Origin: Haliotis cracherodii
Lineage: Eukaryota
Assembly (NCBI RefSeq): GCF_022045235.1
Contig: NW_027266264.1
Span: 52,452,001 to 52,516,000, forward strand
DNA: 64,000 nucleotides
Reading direction: 5' to 3'
Under the pieces are notes generated by a model, which did no database searches, was not told where the DNA came from, and saw only the letters and a list, made by a program, of their open reading frames with translations. Of the stretch, positions 50,682-64,000 are shown one piece after another. Position numbers and translations under genes: made by a program. Position 1 is the first letter of the stretch, and each line of letters begins with the position of its first letter.

Positions 50682-51010
50682 ACTGCCTCCATAGTCTAGT
50701 AGATAGAGAGTCTGCTGGGTGAGTGGAAGGTCAGTGTATCGACCCTTGGCCGTCTCATTCCAAAAATGTAAAAGATGGTACTTGTTGTTACCCTGTCTGG
50801 TGCTTGGGATTAAAGGGATAAAACAAGAACTGTTTGACTTGGAGCCAGTGTATTGTGTCAGAGAGGGGGATAGTATGTCAGTGGTCTAGTACTACAAAGT
50901 CAGCATAGTTCAGACTGGTACACGCAGCCACACATGCATGCATGCACGTCGCAATAGTTGAATGTAATCTTGAATGTGACATTAAACCTTATTTCACCTG
51001 ACTTCACTTA
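50682..51010 (+). mobile_element. tRNA-derived SINE with a Meta-domain-like core
   Basis: tRNA-like head followed by tcattccaaaaatgtaaaagatggtacttgttgttaccctg...gattaaaggg. Confidence 0.55.
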
Positions 51011-54000
51011 TTGACCAGTACATCTCCTGACAGGGCAATGTCTGGCATCCTGGCATCCTGTTAATATCTTTGTGTCTGATGTTAATTCAAACAAATATTT
51101 GATAGATAATAACTAAATTTGTTTTTTGGACATTTCAGAGGTCAAGTTTGATAACCAACTCAAATTGGTTGATTTTAAGTAGGTAACATGGCAGTTAATA
51201 ACTGGTGTGTTTGGTTTCTAGGAGGTCATTTGGAAATGTAAGATCTTTTTCCTTATGTATTGGGAATGAAGAAATGGATATTGGTTCCGTATTTGCCGTT
51301 CTTTCCAAATGTCAAGTATAGATCTTATGTTGTTCAGCAATAAACATGACATAAAACAGTCACCAGCATCCATTAATGTATTTGATGCTTTTACAAACAA
51401 TAGGTTTTTGTACCCTCTTACAAGTAATGACATTGCAGTGAATATTGGCATCTGTAAACTATAAGCCCTAGAAAAGAAGGTTTTATTTTTGTTGTTGGTT
51501 CAAGATAGATTGATGCAGTGGTATGGCTTTTGGGAAACTGTTGTAGCGCATGCAGTCAGGCATTGCTTGATGGATATCAGCCTTTGAAAGACTCAATATC
51601 TCAAGTCTGTTTTTTAGTTGAAATGTTTTAATTGTTTGTGTAACTTATGACATTGAATACATTAGTGGCACAGTATAAATGGGTGCCTAAATGAAATCAG
51701 AGCTGTATATTCTGTCTTTGCTGTGAATTTGTGTCCTGTGATTCTAGTTGCAGTTAAACAGAGTGCATTTAAGAAAATCATTCCAACTTCCCTGGAAAGG
51801 ATCACCAACACATTTGGTTCAGCCATATGTTCTCAAATGTCAATTATTCTGGTTAAAAAAGTCAGAAAAAGGTCCATACTAATATTTTGATCACAATAGT
51901 TTTTTGGTTTGCATTTTACATGCTGAAAATTACAAACCAAAATTGGGCATTAAATGTCCTTGAAAGGAAATTTCTAAACCTATTGGTAAGTTTGGAAAGA
52001 TTGTCAGTGGATTTTAATTACGTTGGGACTGAAAGTAAATTCAAATTCCCAATCTTTCTTGTTGCATATTTGACTGCCATTTTCCGTGTTGAGAAATGCA
52101 TAAGTTGTTGCACAAGCTTCAAGATAAATTGGCTTGATAAATCTCTGATGTTTGGGGCAATGATTCACAGCTTCATTTTACCATTTAGGCAAAAAGATTG
52201 ACATTAATATATTGTCAAAGGACTACTGATACACGACAGTTCAAGGTGTGCAGTGCAGCCAAAATCATTCTAGCAGACATCCTTAAGATTATAAAACCTT
52301 CCATTTCATGAGTAATTTGGAACAATGAATGTACATTTGGCTGCTGTGGTACCATTTATGTCATAGCAAAGCAGAGCTGAAAAATATTAAAAGTGCTTTT
52401 TTTTAAGGTGTTGCTTGCAGTAGGTGAATGTTCAATGACTCAATATATATTTCAAACACACCTAGCACTGTGGTAACTACCCTTACGTATAAGGCGTATA
52501 TGACTTTAATGTCAGCTGATGGTGTGACAAGCAACACTTTGAGACAACATCATCACAATGTCATGTCATTCATTCTAGATGCCATTTACATGTAATGTTG
52601 GTGTTCTTTATAGGCGAGAACTGACGGTGGCCGTATTTTTGTTGTTGTTAGATACGATCAAATACTGTTGATTTGAATGTGTCCCATTGACCATGTAGAT
52701 CCCACTATGGAGGGATTTCAATACCTGGCTCAGTGCCATTGGCTTTATACATACCAAATACAATGCGTCGCCAAATTAAATATATAATGTAAGGAAAGTA
52801 CACTTATGGGCCTGCATAAGCAGGATTGAGCATTAATATAATTAGGGCTTTAGAAGGGCTGCAAGAATTGCTCAACTTCCCATGTTGAAAGAGGACTTTG
52901 GCACTGTGTTTTGGTGACCTCGCGATGTGTATTCATCCGTTACTTCTATGGTTATTTGTATGGAGAAACATTCATGTCTACAGAATGAAAGAATCATGTA
53001 TTCTTCTCATGTTGGTCGATGACATGCTGCTTGTGAAATGTGTTGGTGATTGGCAATATGGGTACTGAAATAAATTACCGTATATTCTGGTTAACAGCTT
53101 GTCTGTAACCATTTCAAAAGGTATTTAAATATCTTCATCCCGGACTAAGTTGCACGGATTTTGAATAAAGAAACTCTGTTTTTGTGCAATCAAATTATGG
53201 ATAGGGCCAGAGTGAATCAATTATTTGATTTTTCCTCTTGCGTGCCTCACTACCAAACAGATGGAGAAAATATCTAAGACTATTTGTGTTTTCTTTTCTT
53301 GATAAAATACCGGTACACTATCTATGTAGTGTTACCATTACAAATATGCTTCATGTGATCATATCCGTTGACAGTTACTGTACACAGATACCTTGAACAG
53401 TTTGTTAATATATAATAGATAATACAAAAATGTAAAAAGATTATAATTGGATAGTAAGTTAATTTTAAATTAATTTATTGTGCAGAGCTAGCTTGAGTTT
53501 GTCTTGTGTTAGAGGTATGCTGGTGGCGAGTAAAATTTCAGGTTTTTAGGGTCTGACCTTATGTTATGACTATTCAGGATAGTTAAGGATTTCTTTACTC
53601 TCACTGGAAATATAAACGCTCCTTTAACACCATGAACACTTTGTCTTTGTCTTCAATATTCAGATGTAGTTACGTGTTCAGTAAGTAAAATATTCCATAT
53701 CAATATATAGATATTTAACATGCACTATGTGACATTTTCAAACCCTCTCAAATGAAAAATTATTGAGCATATATGATGTTGATGTATTATGATACATGTA
53801 TTGGCAATTTTTTCAAAATACCATTCTCATATAGAAGAATTGAACTGTGAGTGAATGCAGTTCAATATAACACATGCACATCTCAGAACCTCCTGCTTGA
53901 GGTCTAAACACTGGTACAATGAAGGCAAAGGGTCTTACATACCCTGGTAATCCAATATATCAATGTTTCCCACATTGATATTATTCCTTTTATTCTTTAT

Positions 54001-54241
54001 ATGTTTTATTTTCTTTGGCTTAAATGCTGAATGAATTATTGTTGATATAAACTGCCAGGCAAAAGAAGGTATACATTTGAAAATAATATTTGACCAAAAC
54101 ATTTGAAACATTATCTAATGTTACTGGGATGAAAATAGTTGACGAAACACTTCAAACTTAAAGTAAAATACTTAACTATGACACTCATGATCAAACTCAT
54201 CACAATTGAATAACCATTTCTTGTTTGTTTCATTTATAACC

Positions 54242-54513
54242 GGGGGCACAGGTGGCCCAGCCGTCTAAGGTGCTGCGATTTGCTGTGCAGAGTTAAGTCC
54301 CTTGGACTTGCCAGAAACCTATGATTGTGGGTTCGAATTCCATATCGCCCCGGTTATGTTTCTAGGTTTGTCAGCACCATACCTGTGCTCATGGGTTTCA
54401 CTGAAGTGGTAAACGTCTCAGACCTGCATCACTTCCAGCTTTCCTCCCACATTAAGCTGACATGCCTTGATATAACTGGAATACTGTTAAAAGCGGCGTT
54501 AAACTCAACTCAC
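54242..54513 (+). mobile_element. SINE family A copy, full length
   Basis: Match to 10724-11002; 12-bp TSD tcatttataacc. Confidence 0.9.
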
Positions 54514-55027
54514 TCATTTATAACCACCATCAAACATGAGCCTATACTTACCCTTGCCCGGCAGTTTATACATCTATTTCTGACCATTCTAACTTTCAGA
54601 AGTAGAAATAGAAAGTGGACCAATATTTGTTTAGAATTATCTTTAACAAGGATTATTCTTTGCTTGCATACACCAAAATTATGTCATTCACAACAAAGAC
54701 AGATTCTCCAGTAGTGAAATGGTCCTAGGGACGCATCCCTGGAGGGCTTAGGTTTTAGAATACAAAGCATATCAAACAAAATATTTTGTCGGGGATGTTG
54801 CTGAAAGTCTTGGTGGCCTTTCAAAATGTTAAGTGCTCGGAGCAATCCTTGGCTTTCACCCTGAATGTATTACTCACAACTCTTGCAGCCCTCAAGGAAC
54901 AACGTGGAAAAACGTGACAGGATTAATCATGTGAATGCTGCACAATGTAAATCTTAAATCAGCAGTCAGCGACTACTCTGCTTAGCTGTGAGATCAGGTT
55001 ATACAATAAGTCTGATACGTTCTTAAA

Positions 55028-55524
55028 TATATTGTGGGTGAGGTTGTGGCAGTAGAAACTAACATTTTTAGTTCACTAGTCCTTATAATGATACTGATAA
55101 CATACACACGGTAATCTTAAACTCTGCATATAAAACAATGCCTATCAGAATAGGGAATACAATTTAATCGGTAAATGATCATGTCGAGTGGTTTTTTTTA
55201 TCCCAACTTGTAAATTTGTATTGACCAAGTTTAATTGTTATGATCTACGCCACTGTATTTTTTTTTCTGCGTAAGACATTGTGTATGCGCTGGTGAGGTG
55301 CTTCATTCCGAGTCGCTTTATAGATGGAGTATATAAATTAGCATTCATTTTAGAGGCTTGTACAGGAGGGTCGTCTTATATGTGAGGTCGCTCTATAGAT
55401 TCTGACAGCGATATATGGTATAGCAAACCCTTAAAAAATGGCAAATTTGTACTGGCCCTTATGATACCTTAAGTATTGGGCAGTTTGGCAAGGACTACCG
55501 GACTAGAGCCAATTTCGAATGCTG
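55028..55524 (-). mobile_element. hAT-like MITE family B interrupted by a TA-flanked insertion (about 55105-55418)
   Basis: The two halves rejoin to the family B consensus; ggttgt on both flanks. Confidence 0.7.
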
Positions 55525-57952
55525 GGTTGTCAACTGCCCCTAAAACTATCAAACATTGAGTTTATTTTAGTAGTATTAGGGTCCTACCAGGACTTTATAA
55601 TGGTTCATGTTCTGTAAACACACAGTTAAAAGCAAGTTCCAGCAAAATGGTATCTTGACTTGCTAAGTTTTATAAGACATCAACAGTTTTAAAGATAACT
55701 GACATCAGAAATAAGAATCAGTATATATTGATGAGGAACAAAAATAACTTAGTAGAAAAATATTTTTATTATTATAAAAATACTGATGCAGTTTTGATAC
55801 TAAATTACTATATAAAAGTAATGTAACACTTGAGTTTTAGTAGCTTAGGAACCATATGTAGGTATTGAAATTTGAGAGTTAAATCATCTGTGGTTCAACT
55901 TTTCTTCCCAAAAGTATTTATTCTTCAAGCCAATTTATTCTTCAACAACTTCTATGACTAACCCATTCCCACTGAAGTATTTTTTCAAATGTAGATTTGG
56001 AAATTGATCCATTAGTCACCTGAAAGAAGCTTGTGTAGATGGTATACAAATTTCCATTACAAACACAATGTTTAGGCCCCCACAAAATGTTGTTTTTTTT
56101 AAGTTACATAATGTACAGTTTGCACAGAACAAATGATCGAATTCTAGTCTTGGAAAAAACATGTACAGTACAGTCTTCTGTATATCCAGAGTATATTTCA
56201 TTTAGGGTCGTTTGATAAAAAGTGTCTCATTTCCGAGAAAGCCAGGAGAGAAGTTGAGCACCGCAGCAAGGCTGTGTTCATTGCTTGGAGAGAAACACTA
56301 CTCTGTATCCCATCATCAGCTTGCTTATGGGAGATTTGCAGGCACCTTTCAATGATTAACTGCACTGGAGCAATCATTTTTATGCAAAAATAGAAAGTAG
56401 GTCATATATATCCTGAATTAGTGAGTAATTCAGTTAAAGCAATCTGTAGGAATCATGACAGAAATGAAATGTCCTTGACTTCTGTGGCTTACCTTGTATG
56501 GTTGAGTGAGGGAAGATTACCCAAATTAGGTTACAGAAGACACCAGTGGTTCAAAAGGCCACAATGAATTAATTATTGATGTTCAGTGAAATAATCAAGA
56601 CTGGTTATGCTCTGGCATTGATTTTTATGTTTGATGATGCAGGTTAAAGGGCACCTTATCATACCTTGTCATTTAGATTTCTGTGTGTTATTGTACTGAG
56701 TTTTCAAATGCTTTAATGTCCAGGCATCAACTACTCAATGGATGACATCAATGATAACTAAATCAATTGGGTTAGTGGAAAAAATGGTTTTGTTTTGACT
56801 TGTTGCTAAAACTTTAAATTACTTTAAAGAGGAATCCACTCAGCCAAGCACATTTTTTCAAATTTGGATTAAGAAAAGATACAAATAGAGAAAAGTATTA
56901 AAGATTTCTGGGATCCATTCGCATTTAAGAAAGATTTTCAACCAATCAGTTTGAAGCAAACATTCATTTTACAATTGCGATTCTATGTCAAAAGAATTTG
57001 TAAACACAAAACATACAGATGTTATATGGGGTAAAAAATATATAACATCATAAGGTTTCAGTTTGTCTTTTTGTGTGAAGTTTCTAAGGTAGGGAATACC
57101 ATTAAGAGGACAGATCAACATTAAAGACTCTTCATTTCACACAGTCAAGAATAATCATACCTTACTGTTAAAAAACACTCTTGTAACTATATCATGGAGA
57201 CATAAGATATTTAATTCTGATTATTAAGAACCAACAACACAGGTATTTTAGCTTGAAGCATAACAAGAGGCTTGCAATGATATCAATCTTTTTTTGAAGT
57301 CATTAGTTTTCCTCCTGAGAATGAAACTTAATGTCTGTGACATTTGTAATTCAAGACAGGAATATCTTTGACATTCATTTCCCAAGTCTGGTCAGGAATT
57401 TCAAGATATTTCCATAGCAACTAGAATAATTTGAAGCGTAGTGTTATTACAAGAAACTGCTAGTGTAATCTAGATTTTGTCTATTATAGAATACCACTGA
57501 TTATGTTTTATCAGTTGAAATTGTGAATGGTTATATGACATTTAATATTGGTTGAGTGTTTGCAGTTTAAATCTGTAGGATTAAACTTCTTCTATTGCAT
57601 GTAGTTAGTGGGCTATTCTACATAGTGTGTGAGATCTGCTTCCTCTCTCTCTCTCTCTACCACAATCCTGATTAATATCAAATGAACATTCTGCTTGGGC
57701 ATCAAGGCTGCACCTTCAACTACTAGAATAAACATTGTACATTTTCGGTTACTAGTGTAGCAGTCTGTGACTTAAAGATAGTCATCAAGTCATACTAAAA
57801 AGCCAAAAGGCATCACATCGCCTGAATATGTCACAATTCAATTCCCTTTCTTGACAAGCCAGCAGCACAACATCTTGATTAAACGCATCTTGCAAAACAG
57901 ACAAGTAATTGAAAAAAATACATTGTACAATGCCTGGTCTTGTTAATCAAAA

Positions 57953-58565
57953 CCTGGTGGCCCAGTCATCCTAAAGGCACCGCAATTCGCTGTGCAGAGT
58001 TGTGTCCCTTGGGCATGCCTGAAACCTAAATCGTTAGTTTGAATCTCAGTTTGCCCCGATCGTGTTTTTTGTTTTGTCAGCACCATACCCGTGCTTGTTG
58101 GTTTCACTAGAATGGTAGACATCTAAAACTTGCATCACTTCGGGCTTTCCTCCCACATCAAGATGACAGCTGTGATATATTGTATTTGACGTAATAAGTG
58201 CCCCGCTCTAATAAGCGCCCACAACGATATTTGCTTACATTTTGGCAAGTGTACAATCCAAATTAGCACCCCTTCCAATTGATCAATGTACACAATACTT
58301 ATCTATTCTCGTATAATACGCACTCGTGTGTTATATGCACCCTTAATTATGGGCAATTAAATTCTGGAGAATATATCTGTCGTATATAAACTTTTCAGGC
58401 TGTCAGCATAAACCACGAAAAGTATCTTTCAACTCTGTTTTTTTTCCATAAAAATAATATTCTAATAAGAGCCCCTATTTCTAATTTTGAGAGCGCCCTG
58501 GGCGCTTATTACGTCAAATAGGGTAACTAGAATACTGTTCAAAGTGGTGTTAAACCCAACTCACT
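57953..58565 (+). mobile_element. SINE family A copy interrupted by a MITE
   Basis: SINE sequence resumes after 58525 (actagaatactg...taaacccaactcact). Confidence 0.8.
58180..58523. mobile_element. Tc1/mariner (pogo-like) MITE
   Basis: TIRs tatttgacgtaataag(t/c)gccc; TA duplicated at the insertion site inside the SINE. Confidence 0.85.
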
Positions 58566-61464
58566 GTTTGCAGCCTACACTCAAGCTGTTTGTGAAATGA
58601 CCACTTAATAGGCTATCTTTAAGAAATATGTTTGAAGCAAAGGGTTGTTAAACATTTTTTGGCCAAGCAAGCACGCTCAGCAAACAAGTCCATATAGTAA
58701 CACTACAATCTAATGAAAATGAAGCAAACAGCTTTGTCACAGACTGATTTAAATTGAGTGAACATAGTTGCAAAAAACTCTATATTTGTGAGTAAAATAA
58801 GTTACAAATCTTTCAGGTTAACTAGTTAGAGAAATGTCTTTGGCTAAGAAAAGATCTTATATAAAGAAAAATCTTATTACATCTTTCTGCAAAGTCATAA
58901 ATTGTCTAATGCTTATGAGAGTATTAGTACCTGACCTTTGACATAGCAGAACAATGGAATCTTTTTCAAATTGTCCATGAAAACTCTTTTGACATATGAA
59001 AATAGAACTAAAATATTTCACCCTAAAAGTTTTCTATTAGCTTTCAAATAAATCTGTTTATTCAGCTGGCAGTAGAAACGTTCACAACAGTTACGTGAGT
59101 TGGTATAATAAGGCGTACCATTCCTCAGCTATGTTTTATATATACTTGAAGGCAGTTATAAGATTGAGATGATCATGGTTTGTGAGATTTGTAGGAAAAT
59201 GTATAAAGAACAGTAATTACAGCACCAGCATCTCAGGCAGTCTCATCAGTGTGTTGTGTAACTTGAGAGTCCGTGGGGGGTGGCAGCTGCCCCGCTCCAA
59301 CACTTGCAGCCCCCCAAGTCAGTCTTACCCTACAGGAGAAAATAGCTCCATGCTCACTCACATTCAAAATGGATGAAGCTGGGAGACTGGTAAACTGCAC
59401 TTTTAGAGGCAAAGGGTGGCACGAAAAACAAAAGTTAATTACTGACATAAATACATGATGAACACACAGCTCTCCTGTGAAGCAGTGATTTGAGGATTGT
59501 GAGTGCGGCAAACTGGGATGGATGGATGTGTGCGACTTGACAATTCCTGGTAAATGTTTAGTTCAGGTGTCAGAGACCTACCTGTAATAATATCGATGGA
59601 ATTATAATCCACTACAAACAAAATCCACTGAAATGCGAAACAGTTGCAGTAGAAAAAGCTGGTGAATGCTAAATGCAAGATCTGGATGTGATTCCACTTT
59701 GAGTCTTTGGAATTGCAGGATACAGCGGATATTAAATTTCACACCCACCGGGTGGCACCTGACTTATTCATGAAAGACTGTCAGTGGAGACGGCAGCGAA
59801 AACACTACACATAAGGATTAATTGCTTGTGTAATTACTGTGAGGGGAATGCCCCTTGGTTGGCTCTCTGTGCAAACCTGGAAGGATTGGTGTATACCCGA
59901 GTTCCATCTCAACTATCCTGCTAATGTACCTGATGCTGTTATAGAAATTAACAAGGCTTCACATGATGATTCCAACTCTGCACCGGTAAAGATGCCACGT
60001 CAGCCATTGCTTCTTGTGTAGTTACAAGTCCAAATTTATCTTATTTCTTTATGTTGCTTCGGGTTATTTTGGTATTATTTGTGTATTATTTTTAAGAGAT
60101 ATGTTACATTAGCTTGTTGTGAGGTTTTAAGAGGCTAAAAGGGGTATGATGTATTATTGTTGAGGCGCTCTTGACACAAGGTTACAGTGTCATAAACGTT
60201 ACTGGTTACATTGTCAGGACCAAGTCATTATATACTGTTAGATATCTTAATATATGCAAGAGATTCCAAGGCATTGACAACATAATGAGAATGTTTTGTA
60301 CTGGAAGAGTTATGATGATCATACATTTAGGCCAACAGTTATCAATTAGGAGGAGGATGTTCTTGTTTTGATGAGAAGTACCGAAATATTGATGTATGTT
60401 GCTCCCAGAAGAGTAAATTGTTGCTAATCATTAAGATTTATTTACCTCTTTAAGTCCCATCATGCCATGTACATCAAAACAAATCACAATAATGAGCAGC
60501 TTACTGCAACTTCTGTTTCTTTACCCCTGTTATTTCATTACTGAAGTGATATTATGCACTGACCTTCTCATCCATTCAAATATTGATAATCTCTTCTGAA
60601 GAATTATTAGTGCTGATTAAGAAACTTCAAGCTACCTGTGAATCATGGACAACAGATGCACAGTGGAAATGCAATATGTTTTATAAGTATCATCAAAAAA
60701 AGTTAAGAAGTAGTATATCTTTAAAGAAGTAGATATGGTTGAAGAAAATGTACCTGTCGTAAGAACTCTAGAAATTTGTTTTCGGATTAACTCTGTTCAA
60801 TTTCTTTTGAGTATATCTGATTTTGTAATTATAAAGGCTCAATTCTTGTCAGCAGGAATGTGTATTTCTGGAAGCTAGAAAAAATATGGTTAACTAAATA
60901 GCTAAATACAGAGACATGTGACTTTGTTTTTTTAAAGAAATCACTACTTAAAATAGATTAAGTTTATGGATATGTGAAAAGAAAGCGACTATTCTGAAGA
61001 ACAAGTAAGTAAAGTGGTGAGGCTCCTAGCCTAATGGTTAAAGCATGAGCATTCCATGCTGAAGACCCTAGTTTGGTGTCCCTTGCTGTGATATCGCTGA
61101 CATATTGCTAAAATCAGCATACTCACCCAATCACTCACAGACACCAAAGTTAGATTACTACTCTTGAGTAGCGTGGTAATATATAGTTTCAACAAAGCTC
61201 TTCTCATATAGCATGGCTTCTTACTGTGTTTGCATTGCATCACCAGATTCTCATGATATATATTCTCATTAATCTATTTTAGTCAACTGTCCTGTTGGGT
61301 TTGCCCTTTTCATCATACTCAAATGTTATTCATGATTATAAGTGAATGTCATTTTTTTAGATTTACATTCTCATTTCAAATTCAAACCAGATTTAATTTT
61401 TTTATAAAAGTATTGAAAATCTTAGTTGGAACTTTAGTAAAGTACAAGGTGGAGAATAGATCGG

Positions 61465-61690
61465 TGATTTAACGCCACTTAATTTGATCAGTATTTTGGT
61501 TATATACCCTGGGTAACAGTGTGTCAGCTTGATGTGGGAGGAAAGCCCAAAGCAATAGAGGTCTTAGGCTTAAGAAACCTAAACAGACGAATCTTGGATT
61601 TAAACCCATGAAACTAGCTTGCCAAGGAGACTCAACTTTGCATGACAAATTGCATCACCTTAGCTAAAACCTTGCAGACCATGCCCCTAC
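61465..61690 (-). mobile_element. Diverged SINE family A copy
   Basis: gtgtcagcttgatgtgggaggaaagccc block and head remnant. Confidence 0.6.
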
Positions 61691-62960
61691 AAGATGGATA
61701 CTTGAGGAGATCTGGTCCTGCGAGTATGATATGAACATACACACACACTTTGTGATGACATTAGTGTTCAATCAGGGAAGCCGTGAGACCATCAGCTGAG
61801 TACATGTATTACCTTTGATTGATGACCGTAGCATCATGGTGTGACCTGATATTGTAGGGGAAATCACACCATTAGAGAGGACTCCATAAGCTGTGTTTCA
61901 GAATTGTGCAGTAATTGTTCTTAAGAGTAGGTTTGAATTATGAATGTTAGGAGGTTCAGAAACCATGTGAATGAGAAGCGAGTTTGTTTAGGCGGTGTTG
62001 TTTTTAACACTCGGTCTTCGGATCTGCCAACCTTAACAATTAGACATGTGAATAAAAATTCCAATTAAAAGGTTTTTTTTCACGAATTGTTTCACTGTCT
62101 GACCGAGATAAGGAATATATGCTCAACAACCTGACAATGTACTCCAAACACCAGTGATGATAAATAGTATTCATAACTTCACTAGAACTCCATCATTGTG
62201 TGGCACTGTTCCTGTAAATGCTATGAAATGTCTGACATTCCTGTCACGTCTCTTAACAATTACCAAAACTATAGAATAGAATTTGAAATGTTATTTCTTT
62301 CTCATCTTACCAACCCAATTTTTGTCTAATTATATTATTTATTTTGTTTCAAGTACCGACTGAAGGTTTAGAGAAAAAAAGTCTGTTAACCAACTAGGGC
62401 TGGTTATCGATATAGATTATAGAGATTGTTAATTGCTAATTAAATATCGATCAATTATCAATTAATATTGGAGAAGTAACTTTAAGCAAATATGCAAGAA
62501 AGTCCAGAGAGAAATCAACATATTTCACGCCTATTTGTGGAGATTTGAGATATAACAAAAACAGTTGCTTTCTCTCTTTGACAACTGATCTAATTGACAA
62601 TAGCAAATCTGTTTCGATAAATCTAAACTTTGTTTGATCACAGTAGTTTATATAAGTGATGATCGATGACAACAGCCCTAAAACCACCTAATGAAAAAGG
62701 ATGCAGTTTTTTGCAATATTCAAAGCAATATGGGAACACCAAGAAAGGGTTTCAAACATTGTACCCCATTAGAAAATTAAACCTGGGTCAAGTGTGATGA
62801 TGAACCTACCACTTGGCAACCTGACCATTACTCATCACATTAGTAATGCTGCTTTACACAAATAATAATCTGTTGGATACTTGAAAGAAACATTACTTTC
62901 CTGTGAGAAGTATAAAATTGTTATCCAATATTAAGTCCATTTTTTTTTTATCTATTTCAG

Positions 62961-63175
62961 ACATTTGTGGTCATTTCCAGACGGGTCACAAAGAAGACTA
63001 TATACCGGTTTTCAGCAACTCGATCTTTCTACATTTTCCCCCCATGGAACCCTATACGAAAGATGGCTGTGTTTGTCTCCACCAATCAATTCTTTGACTA
63101 TTTTGTCATCCTTACCATCCTCACAAACTGTGTCTTTCTTGCCTTACCAACCATGACATTCACAGAATCCTCCGA
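62961..63175 (+). CDS. Nav2/DSC1-like channel, second coding exon (through domain I S1); the gene continues beyond the window
   Basis: TFVVISRRVTKKTIYRFSATRSFYIFPPWNPIRKMAVFVSTNQFFDYFVILTILTNCVFLAL; acceptor tatttcag, donor GA|gtaagt. Confidence 0.93.
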
Positions 63176-64000
63176 GTAAGTACAAATCTCATCTCATGTG
63201 TAAGTTTAGCACTTCTTTTAGCAATATTCCAGAGACAGTCAGGGACACCAAGAATGGACTCCCCACATAGTCCTTGGAATCCATATTGGGAAGTGAACCC
63301 AGATTATCAGCATCACAAGCCATGGCTTGGACCACTTGGCTCCCTTTTGCCCTCATCCAACATGGTGGTTTTTCTAGTTTCATGACAAATAAATGTGTAC
63401 CCTATTTATTGGGAGATTATCCTTTTCTTTTAACTTGCATTATTTGATTTGAATTTCATAAAATGAACATCATAAATACCAGCATGTAAGAAAATATGTA
63501 AGTTTTTGGTATGCAGATATTCTGACCATGTAGATAATTAAATACAGGTTCATGAGTTGGTTAAATAACCAAGGAAAACAAGTAGCAATTTACAGACAAC
63601 ATCATGATAAAGTTTCCGTGTTATGAATGTGTGTACATTGTCATTAGGGTACACAAACTTATCTGACTCGTATCAAAAGTAAATGTATGATCAAGCAAAG
63701 TATTGGTTCAATTATGACGAATTTGTATCATAAGAAACTCAGTCAGCATGATGAGGATATAATAACACTGTTGGTAAATGAAGGGGGTCCTGGGGTTCTA
63801 GGGATCTTCAATGGTACTTTAATCTGGGGACCCCTCTAAATCTTCACTTTTGAAATTTTGATTATGACAAGGCCCATTTGACTTTTGAACTGTGCATATA
63901 ATGTAAAATTTGTGATTATAAGATGATATTTTTGAGAAAGAAAATGCATAGTTCTCTTGCATATGCCGTAACTCTGCTCATTAAGTAGCATTATTTAAAT

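Overview
AT-rich, repeat-dense, intron-rich animal genomic DNA, most likely a mollusc (the SINE and MITE repertoire suggests an abalone-like gastropod; this is inference). It holds two host genes arranged head-to-head. (1) On the minus strand is a bicistronic molybdopterin synthase gene, MOCS2. MOCS2A (88 aa, ends ...IPPISGG) lies on exons 12223-12206, 11825-11704 and 11357-11231. MOCS2B lies on exons 2866-2770, 2239-2089, 1150-1027 and a last exon starting at nt 5 that runs off the window. Unlike the overlapping, frame-shifted human arrangement, the two cistrons here do not overlap and are in the same frame, separated by one TAA and 13 sense codons. The 8.3-kb intron between them contains a decayed DIRS tyrosine-recombinase retrotransposon joined to an older DIRS, an R4/Dong-like LINE end, MITEs and SINEs. 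(2) On the plus strand is the 5' part of a voltage-gated sodium-channel alpha subunit of Nav2/DSC1 type (coding exons 35958-36428 and 62961-63175, separated by a 26.5-kb intron). Other elements are a Penelope-type minimal hammerhead ribozyme motif (about 14425-14464, minus), hAT-like elements with 6-bp TSDs, a Helentron-like non-autonomous element, a 30 x 56-bp minisatellite, several tRNA-derived SINE families, and a possible divergent non-coding transcript from the MOCS2 promoter. All calls come from reading the sequence by eye; no database searches were run.
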